From: Ignavibacteriota bacterium
Lineage (GTDB): Bacteria > Bacteroidota > Ignavibacteria > Kapaibacteriales > UBA2268
Direction: 5' to 3'
DNA length: 64,000 nt
Assembly (NCBI GenBank): GCA_020437395.1
Contig: JAGQWJ010000005.1
Location: forward strand, 13,693-77,692
Of the stretch, positions 57,555 through 64,000 are shown one piece after another. The first letter of the stretch is position 1; each line of letters begins with the position of its first letter. The position numbers and the translations under genes were made by a program. The notes beneath the pieces were generated by a model. That model had not been told where the DNA came from, made no database searches, and worked only from the letters and a program-made list of their open reading frames with translations.

Positions 57555-58147
57555 TGTTCACTGGTTTAATTGAAGAAGTCGGGAATATAACTAATATTGA
57601 AAAATCTGGAGAGGCAGTCGAATTAGTTATAGAATGTAGTGAAATATTAGCAGACGCTGATATAGATGATTCTATATGTGTTAATGGAGTATGTTTAACA
57701 GTAGAATCTTTCACAAATAATTCATTCAAAGCAACCGCAGTAGAAGAGACTATGCGAAAAACAAATCTTGGTGATTTGGTTATAGGTTCGTCTGTCAATT
57801 TAGAAAGAGCTATGAGTGCTGGCGATAGATTTGGTGGACATTATGTTCAAGGTCACACAGATACTACAACTACTGTCCATAGTATAGTCAAAGAAACTAA
57901 GAATTGGCTTTTTACTTTTGATATCCCAGAAAACTCAGCAAAATACTTAGTAGATAGAGGGTCGATTACTATCAATGGTGTCAGTCTGACTATAGCTACA
58001 ATTCAAGATAATAAATTCACAGTAGCAATTATCCCTCATACTTTTGAACATACTACATTCAAGGATTTCCAACCTGGTACAAGAGTAAATTTGGAATTTG
58101 ATATAATTGGAAAGTATGTCGAGAATATGCTCAAGTACAAAGATTAA
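57554..58147 (+). CDS. ribE: Riboflavin synthase
   Basis: MFTGLIEEVG, duplicated lumazine-binding repeats (SICVNGVCLTV and SITINGVSLTI) and GGHYVQGHTD. Confidence 0.92.
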   Translation: MFTGLIEEVGNITNIEKSGEAVELVIECSEILADADIDDSICVNGVCLTVESFTNNSFKATAVEETMRKTNLGDLVIGSSVNLERAMSAGDRFGGHYVQGHTDTTTTVHSIVKETKNWLFTFDIPENSAKYLVDRGSITINGVSLTIATIQDNKFTVAIIPHTFEHTTFKDFQPGTRVNLEFDIIGKYVENMLKYKD

Positions 58148-58153
58148 CGGACA

Positions 58154-59500
58154 ATGCTTGCCATTTTGAACATATTATATCTCCTACTCCCTATCAGCCA
58201 AACTGGTAGTGAAGCAGGAGTTAATATAATAGCTGGGCCAAACCTCGAATATACGAAACTACAATCTGTCGATAGTCAAACCTATTTTTATGGTGAAGAA
58301 GAATTCCAAACGGGGTTTCACTATGGCTTGGGTGGATACTATAATTACTACTTCGATAGGGATTACTACTTAGGTTTAAAGGCATCATATATACATTTAA
58401 ATACTACTTTTAGAGAATATGAACCAGAAGTAATTAATATAGATGGTCAAGCTGTTGATGGAGAATTCGAACATTATTTTGATTACAATATAGAGACAAT
58501 CTATTTGACTATAGGGGGTGGTTACAGACTAAGCCAGAGATTTGCTGTTGAAGTTGGAATTCTCTATACCTCCCCTGTCTCAGATTATCAAATACACAGC
58601 AAAGAGACGATAGTAAAGCCTGTAGATGCTGGTGTTTTCAAAGAGGAAGGAACAAGAATTAGAAATGAGCAACGGTTTTCAATCCCTTCTAGTAGTTCTA
58701 AATTTGGTGCTTCGCTTGGATTGAATGGCTTATTTCCAATGAACAAAAGCGAGACTATTTTCCTAAAGCCGTCATTATCATATAGCTATATATTCTCCGA
58801 AAACTTAGACAATCTAACTAGCTGGAGGACTGATTTTGTTGACTTATCTATAGGTGTTAGTTTCATTCTAGGAGAAAATGAGATCTTCGGAGAAAAAAAC
58901 AAAGTTATAGAACCAGAGTTTACAATTGCTTTATTTGAGTTAAATGGAACAGTGGAGCGTTCATTGAGGAAAATTCAAATGAGTTATGCTGAAGCTAAGG
59001 ATTTAACAACTTCAAAAATCAATAAAATCGTTTTAAAACCTAGACGATCACTTATTACTTACGTAGGAATTAAAAATAAGTTTGACAGAACAGTTAGTAT
59101 TCGTGTACTAGCGAACGAAAAACAAGTCTATAAAATAGAGAGTTTAGAAGAATCTAATCGATTAGAAATTGATATAGATAACCTTATCAAAAGTATTGAT
59201 GCGAAAGAGTTGAATTTTATAGTTGTATCTGAAGATGGGTTCGATAAAAAGGTAGAATTAACTGTTGATTTCAATAAATCAGGAGAACTTAATTACTTAC
59301 TAACTGATAACTCTGAAGAAATATTAGAATATCTAAATGATAATCCATCGAAGAAATACGAACTATACACAGAAGACAAATCAATCTACAAATCACTTTC
59401 AGAATCTTCTGCTTCTAATATAACAATTCTCCCCAAAGGGAACTTTACTTATCACTTCGAAGAGCTAGAAAAGATAAAATATTTACTCTTAGTTGAGTGA
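58154..59500 (+). CDS. Hypothetical exported protein: N-terminal OMP-like beta-barrel region plus a C-terminal domain of unknown function
   Basis: Weak signal peptide. Tyr/Gly-rich alternating strands (GFHYGLGGYYNYYF, IGGGYRL, LSIGVSF). No recognisable catalytic motif. Confidence 0.5.
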   Translation: MLAILNILYLLLPISQTGSEAGVNIIAGPNLEYTKLQSVDSQTYFYGEEEFQTGFHYGLGGYYNYYFDRDYYLGLKASYIHLNTTFREYEPEVINIDGQAVDGEFEHYFDYNIETIYLTIGGGYRLSQRFAVEVGILYTSPVSDYQIHSKETIVKPVDAGVFKEEGTRIRNEQRFSIPSSSSKFGASLGLNGLFPMNKSETIFLKPSLSYSYIFSENLDNLTSWRTDFVDLSIGVSFILGENEIFGEKNKVIEPEFTIALFELNGTVERSLRKIQMSYAEAKDLTTSKINKIVLKPRRSLITYVGIKNKFDRTVSIRVLANEKQVYKIESLEESNRLEIDIDNLIKSIDAKELNFIVVSEDGFDKKVELTVDFNKSGELNYLLTDNSEEILEYLNDNPSKKYELYTEDKSIYKSLSESSASNITILPKGNFTYHFEELEKIKYLLLVE

Positions 59501-59631
59501 GGTATTAAGTTACGAGCATACTTCCACAAAAGAAAAAAATAAAAATAATATTTTGATATATATAATATATTTAGTAATGTGTATTCAGAATTAATACAAT
59601 TTTATATTATTCAATAATCAAAAGGTGTGAC

Positions 59632-60903
59632 ATGTGCAAATATAAATCAATAATTTTCGGGGGGGGGTATAACCCTCGTGTTTTTCGTGCTATTTAGCAT
59701 GCAATCCTTTTCACAAGGAAATAATACATACCCTTTAAAGGGGAATACAGGACTTGGAACTCAAACAATATTAGCCCCACAAAAGCCATTGCATTTATTA
59801 GGTTCATATTCGCCTAATCCAATTGCAGAACCTTTTATTAGGTTTAGTTGGAAAGATGCGGAGACACCTGAAAACTACGTATCTCACATAGGTGTATTTA
59901 CACCAAGAAGTGGTATCCCTTCTTATACTATGTTACCACCAACTTATGCTAATACTGGAGATTATATAATTCAAGCAAGTCAATCAAGTGAAGATTTAAT
60001 ACTAACGACAAGGAATTATCTTGGTAGCATAAGGCTGGCAACTACACCTGCAAATGGGGACCAGATATGCAAAGGTTTGTATTGAAACCCAACGGAAGAG
60101 TAGGATTAAGTACTAATAATCCTAAGGGATTGTTGGTTTTGAATTTTGGCAAATTTGGTGTAGGGTCAGAAGAGATTCTGTTTCCTAGAATAGTATTTAA
60201 TACTTATCAAGGAATTTCTGGTAATAAACACAATAACTCACCTTCAATTTGGTTTTTCAAAGGTACAGGTGGTGGCCCAGGGACGGGTTTGTGTTCATCA
60301 GATCCAAACAAATATCCAGTTTATCCTTGGCAAATTGAATTACAAAGTATAAATGTAGATGATGAATGGTCAACGCTTGGTGCTTTAAATTTCAGAACAG
60401 TTGAAGATAAATATTGCGTTAGTGAGACTTCAGAATTAGACCCTAATGACCTTATAACTAAGTTTTCATTTTTGAGAAGTGGTAAACTTGGAATTAATCA
60501 TGATCTACCAAAAGTTGAATTGCATGTGTTAGGTCAAGCAAGTATAAACAATCCCCTAACAAATAAAACAATTACAGGAACACATTCTGATTATAGGTTA
60601 GCAGTAGAAGGTAAATTAGTTGCTAAAGAAATTATAGTAACAATTGATAACTGGAACACTTGGCCAGATTATGTATTCAAGCCAAACTATAATCTAATGT
60701 CTTTATTGGATTTAGAAAAAAGTATAAATCAAAATGGACATTTACCCGGAATACCTAGTGCAGAAGATGTTAGGGACAACGGAATTAATATAAGCGAAGT
60801 GCAGGCAAAACTCTTAGAGAAAATAGAAGAGCTAACTTTATACATGATAGAAATGAAAAAAGAAAATGAATTGCTAAAACAAGAAATAAACAAACTGAAA
60901 TAG
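59632..60903 (+). pseudogene. Surface fibre-like protein gene interrupted twice by frame changes (at the G9 tract and near a G4 run). It belongs to the Bacteroidota-type family with a conserved C-terminal W-PDYVF...HLPGIPSAE module and a leucine-zipper-like tail
   Basis: Three collinear pieces: ATG 59632 (frame 1, 21 codons), ORF 59678-60085 (frame 2) and ORF 60067-60903 (frame 1). GN.GLGT and NGRVGLST repeats. The C-terminal WPDYVFKPNYNLMSLLDLEKSINQNGHLPGIPSAEDV...LLEKIEELTLYMIE block is one I recall as recurrent in Bacteroidota tail-fibre-like proteins (not verified by search). Confidence 0.6.
59659..59667 (+). repeat. Homopolymeric G9 tract
   Basis: Counted directly: 59659-59667 are all G, anchored on the GTG at 59678 that matches the ORF track. 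Confidence 0.9.
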
Positions 60904-60906
60904 GTG

Positions 60907-61377
60907 ATGAAAATGAGAAATATAATAATTTTAGTAATAACAGCTACATTCATCATTGCTTGTAAAGATGAAGGAGCGTCTGGACTACAAAGTGTAGAGT
61001 CGATTTTGTCAGTAAGTCAAGTCAAAACAATAGGTGAATGTGATGATTCAAGTTATTGTAAATTTGAATTTAAAATAGAAAAGGATTCAATTTATACTAA
61101 AAAAAGTACTTTATTAGAAAACATTGAATTACCAAATATAATAAATTCTTATTTTAATAAAGATATTAAAATTGACTCGTTAACAAATCTCATTAATTTC
61201 GATAACATTGATAATGAACATTATAACTCAGATTGTAACTCAATTGACGGTGGATGTTATGAATTATTCATAATAACAAATTATAGAGAAATATATGTAA
61301 AATATGGTCAACTTCCTGAAGAATTTATAGACTTAGACGATTTTTTAAGAAAAAAAAGGTTGAGTTATGAGTTTTAA
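60907..61377 (+). CDS. Small lipoprotein of unknown function with six Cys in the mature part
   Basis: Lipobox TFIIAC after MKMRNIIILVITA. Begins 4 nt after the fibre-like gene stop and overlaps the metalloprotease start by 11 nt. Confidence 0.55.
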   Translation: MKMRNIIILVITATFIIACKDEGASGLQSVESILSVSQVKTIGECDDSSYCKFEFKIEKDSIYTKKSTLLENIELPNIINSYFNKDIKIDSLTNLINFDNIDNEHYNSDCNSIDGGCYELFIITNYREIYVKYGQLPEEFIDLDDFLRKKRLSYEF

Positions 61378-63154
61378 TAAAATCAAATGGGTTGTATTTT
61401 TTTATATGTTTTTAGTTATGGTAAATACTTTACATTCTAAAGAAAAAATACTTTTTCATAAGTCTTCAATTTCAGAATTATCAAATTTAAAAAAAGAATT
61501 CATAGAATCAACTCAAAAGATGAAGCATATTGAAGAATCAAGAATTGTTGGGATAAATGAAATTGATTTCAATGAAGAATATAAAATTGAATTAAATGAT
61601 TCAGTTTTAACAACTGGATATTTTGAACAAAAGGGGAGTTTTGTAAAATTCAAAACGAGTAAAATTGTAGATTATGGAACTTTTATTTACAAAAACAACA
61701 CTTTGAGAGGGCATTTCAAGATTAACAATAAATTATTTGAGTTAAAACCTATTGAAAAAAAGTTGCATATCTTGATTACAATTGACAAATCTGAAATTAA
61801 AGAAGAAGATTGTTCATTAAATTCCTTAGAAACAATTGAAAGTTCTGAAAATAAAGAAACAAGTTATAATAAATTTCTTTCAACTAAAATAGAATGTAGT
61901 ACTAATATTTTAGTTGCATATACACCAGAAGCTTATAATGTAAGAGGGGGCATATCTGATATTAACGATGACATACAGCTTGCCGTACAATTAACGAATG
62001 AATCTTATGAAAATAGTCAAATAAATCAGAAAGTAAATATAGTTAGGACTATTTTAACTAATTATTCTGAATCTCTAACTGATCAATATGCTTATTTGAA
62101 ATATCACGGAAATGTTTTGATTCCTACAGATTTAATAAGACTACAAAATAAAACAGACGGATATATGGATGAGTTACATAATCTAAGAGATATGTACTCA
62201 GCAGATTTTGTTGTTCTAATTGTTGGTAATTCCGGTTTTGGCGGCGTAGCTAGAGTTATTAATGCAGAAATTGAAGAGGAAGCCTTTTGCGCAATTGAAG
62301 CGACTGGAACATTTTTAACATCGAATTATACATTTGCACATGAATTAGGTCATTTGATGGGGGCAAGACATGACTATGGTGCAGGTGGTGCGAACACTTA
62401 TTATAATATTCCTTTTGCATATGGACACGGATACTGTTATTCTTCTGGAAGTGGAAGCTGGAGAACGATAATGTCATATAATAGCTGTGGAGCTGATAGA
62501 ATTAATTATTGGTCAAATCCTAATGTTACTTATGGTGGTGTAGTTATGGGTACAACCAATAGAGAGGATAATGCACATGTATTAAACGAAACAGAAATTG
62601 ATATAAAGGACATTTTAGTTACTCCAACTAATTATTATATGACAGATGATGATATTGTAGATGAATATGATATTGCAGATTTAGTTGCTTTTGAATTGTT
62701 GGATGTTGAATCCGAATATATTAATGAACCAAATTCGGAAGTAACATTTAGAGCAGGGAATGAAATTAGAATTGGAACAGGTTTCCATTCAAAATCTGGA
62801 TCAGAGTTTCATGCTTTCATTGATAATGTTGATTGCAGTCCCTCTTCTAAACGCATAAATGAAACGCAGGAATTTGACTCACCAAATATTGGAAATACTG
62901 TACTTTCTATCTCCCCAAACCCTGTAACAAGTATTTCGGATATAGTGCTGACAGTCGGAACATCTGATAATGTGTCGTTGATACTTTATGATAATCTGGG
63001 TAATAAACGTTTGTCATATTTAGAAGATGTATCGTTGAAATCAGGTACTTACAATTATACTTTAGACGGCAATGAGTTGAATTCGGGTATGTTTGTTCTT
63101 ATCCTAAAAATTGATGGTAGGATAATAACAGAAAAGATTATCAATTTGAAGTAG
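61367..63154 (+). CDS. Secreted reprolysin-like (metzincin, M12B-type) zinc metalloprotease with a T9SS C-terminal sorting domain
   Basis: Signal peptide. Zinc site HELGHLMGARHD (HExxHxxGxxHD). Candidate Met-turn in RTIMSY. The C-terminal roughly 80 aa (ISPNPVTS...LILYDNLGNK...GMFVLILKIDGRIITEKIINLK) matches the Por/T9SS CTD pattern. Confidence 0.85.
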   Translation: MSFNKIKWVVFFYMFLVMVNTLHSKEKILFHKSSISELSNLKKEFIESTQKMKHIEESRIVGINEIDFNEEYKIELNDSVLTTGYFEQKGSFVKFKTSKIVDYGTFIYKNNTLRGHFKINNKLFELKPIEKKLHILITIDKSEIKEEDCSLNSLETIESSENKETSYNKFLSTKIECSTNILVAYTPEAYNVRGGISDINDDIQLAVQLTNESYENSQINQKVNIVRTILTNYSESLTDQYAYLKYHGNVLIPTDLIRLQNKTDGYMDELHNLRDMYSADFVVLIVGNSGFGGVARVINAEIEEEAFCAIEATGTFLTSNYTFAHELGHLMGARHDYGAGGANTYYNIPFAYGHGYCYSSGSGSWRTIMSYNSCGADRINYWSNPNVTYGGVVMGTTNREDNAHVLNETEIDIKDILVTPTNYYMTDDDIVDEYDIADLVAFELLDVESEYINEPNSEVTFRAGNEIRIGTGFHSKSGSEFHAFIDNVDCSPSSKRINETQEFDSPNIGNTVLSISPNPVTSISDIVLTVGTSDNVSLILYDNLGNKRLSYLEDVSLKSGTYNYTLDGNELNSGMFVLILKIDGRIITEKIINLK

Positions 63155-63175
63155 TAAATCCAATTTATAAAAACT

Positions 63176-63213
63176 AAAGCCCAAATTGTTCTACAGTTTG
63201 GGCTTTTTTTTTC
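63176..63213 (+). terminator. Rho-independent terminator after the metalloprotease gene
   Basis: AGCCCAAA...TTTGGGCT stem followed by a T-run of 9 or more. Confidence 0.8.
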
Positions 63214-63328
63214 TACTATTTCTAGACTTACTTTATTTCTTTATAACTTTTGAATAAAATACACCATTGCTATTAGTTACTCTTAGGTGATAAACACCCG
63301 AATATAAAAAATTAATAATGAGATTATC

Positions 63329-63360
63329 AAAAGGCTTCAAACTTAAAATTGAAGCCTTTT
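63329..63360. terminator. Second, orphan terminator-like hairpin with no annotated gene upstream of it
   Basis: AAAGGCTTCAA / TTGAAGCCTTT stem, 8-nt loop, flanked by short A- and T-runs. Confidence 0.4.
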
Positions 63361-63436
63361 CATTTGCTAATTAAAACATACAAAACCATTCAAAACTTTC
63401 GGCTGACTAATTTCAATCTTTTTCCTATTTTTGTAA

Positions 63437-64000
63437 ATGGAAAATATAGAAAAAATATTAATACTCGATTTCGGATCACAATACACTCAACTAATAGCAC
63501 GAAAAGTGCGTGAAGTTGGTGTTTTCGCCGAAATACACCCCTTCAATATAGAATTAGAAAAATTAAAAGAATTGAATCCCAAAGGTATTATCCTTTCGGG
63601 AGGGCCATCTAGCGTGTACTCCGAGGGAGCGCCTCACCCTAGATTCAACGTATTCGAGCTAGGAATACCAGTCTTAGGTATATGCTATGGTCTGCAACTA
63701 ATTGCTTTTACGCAAAATGGTCAAGTAGATGCTGCCGCTAAGCGTGAATACGGCAAAGCGATGGTCAACGTAGTGGAGGACAACCCGCTTCTAAAAGGTA
63801 TTTCGAACAACGCACAGATGTGGATGAGCCACGGCGATTCGCTAAGCAAAATGCCTGATGGATTCGAAACTATTGCCAATACGGAGAACGCTCCTATTTG
63901 TGCAATAGCTAATATAGAAAAGAAAATATACGGCGTACAATTCCACCCAGAAGTGCACCACTCATTAGAGGGCAAAAAAGTCCTAGAGAACTTCGTTCGC
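63437..64000 (+). CDS. guaA: GMP synthase (glutamine-hydrolysing), N-terminal glutamine amidotransferase domain. The gene runs off the right edge
   Basis: My manual translation from ATG 63437 gives MENIEKILILDFGSQYTQLIARKVREVGVFAEIHPF...GIILSGGPSSVY...PVLGICYGLQL...YGVQFHPEVHHS. The catalytic Cys (GICYG) and His (FHPE) are present. It is absent from the ORF track because it has no stop in the window. Confidence 0.93.
   Translation, partial: MENIEKILILDFGSQYTQLIARKVREVGVFAEIHPFNIELEKLKELNPKGIILSGGPSSVYSEGAPHPRFNVFELGIPVLGICYGLQLIAFTQNGQVDAAAKREYGKAMVNVVEDNPLLKGISNNAQMWMSHGDSLSKMPDGFETIANTENAPICAIANIEKKIYGVQFHPEVHHSLEGKKVLENFVR

Noticed and set aside
2327-62477. Many 60-120-aa ORFs in the track lie antisense to or out of frame with long, motif-supported genes. 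Examples: 2327-2512, 5017-5211, 5675-5869, 6182-6376, 6732-6938, 7975-8253, 8138-8332, 11145-11327, 12372-12635, 13474-13758, 17007-17207, 17439-17720, 18486-18761, the 19417-20240 group, 22008-22211, 23598-23804, 23883-24092, 25748-25933, 28030-28251, the 28924-30072 group, 39292-39477, 39644-39928, 40822-41115, 42165-42386, 42947-43186, 44857-45045, 46408-46950, 50773-51074, 51423-51704, 52385-52570, 53295-54029, 57538-57798, 60729-60956 and 62259-62477.
   Set aside because: Their translations are low-complexity Ser/Leu/Ile/Phe-rich strings, typical of the wrong frame in AT-rich DNA. They have no recognisable motifs and are fully embedded in genes whose own frame carries clear family signatures.
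63426-63433. TATTTTTG matching the Bacteroidota -7 promoter consensus TAnnTTTG just upstream of guaA.
   Set aside because: It lies only 4 nt before the ATG, so the implied transcription start would fall inside the coding sequence. It is probably a chance match in AT-rich DNA.
63721-63975. 84-aa minus-strand ORF.
   Set aside because: It is antisense to the clearly identifiable guaA amidotransferase domain and arises from locally higher G+C.
1-64000. Searched by eye for CRISPR-like spaced direct repeats, terminal inverted repeats, integrase/transposase/recombinase genes, reverse transcriptases, toxin-antitoxin pairs and restriction-modification genes.
   Set aside because: None were found. The only repeats noted are the G9 tract, a 9-bp tandem duplication, a 19-nt palindrome and terminator hairpins.

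Overview
This is a visibly AT-rich bacterial chromosomal segment (composition judged by eye, not computed). It is densely packed with housekeeping genes on both strands: pdxH, ruvB, dnaB, ffh, rpsP, rpsT, mutS2, mgtE, bamD, rlmB, acpS, cobB, nusB, fldA, sucD, ndk, rnr, ribE and a guaA fragment. It also carries a type-A RNase P RNA and two tRNAs, Arg-ACG and Leu-UAA. Several markers point to an FCB-group organism (Bacteroidota/Ignavibacteriota-like): a PorX-type REC-PglZ regulator, a metalloprotease with a T9SS C-terminal sorting domain, a propeller-type sensor kinase, and BamD next to RpoZ. The window is unusually rich in two-component parts: five histidine kinases or hybrids, a stand-alone Hpt, PorX and a degenerate GGDEF protein. 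I saw no CRISPR array, integrase, transposase or recognisable known defence system. The candidates most worth a second look are: (1) a G9 homopolymer placed so that a 1-nt length change fuses an upstream ATG and signal peptide to a surface-fibre-like gene, a candidate phase-variation switch. That gene carries a second frameshift and is followed by a small Cys-containing lipoprotein and a T9SS-secreted reprolysin-like protease. (2) A translationally coupled three-gene operon encoding an OMP-like barrel, an RsbW-like GHKL kinase and a membrane-anchored P-loop/STAND-like NTPase. It has no STAS or sigma partner and abuts a clpB gene cut off after NBD1. (3) A lipoprotein with an extreme Y/G/W then N/S/R/Y low-complexity (prion-like) composition, paired with a beta-barrel OMP. 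(4) A single 1373-codon ORF joining a YfhO-family membrane protein to a TPR sensor histidine kinase, with a 9-bp tandem duplication exactly at the junction. All functional calls rest on motifs read by eye. No database search was run.
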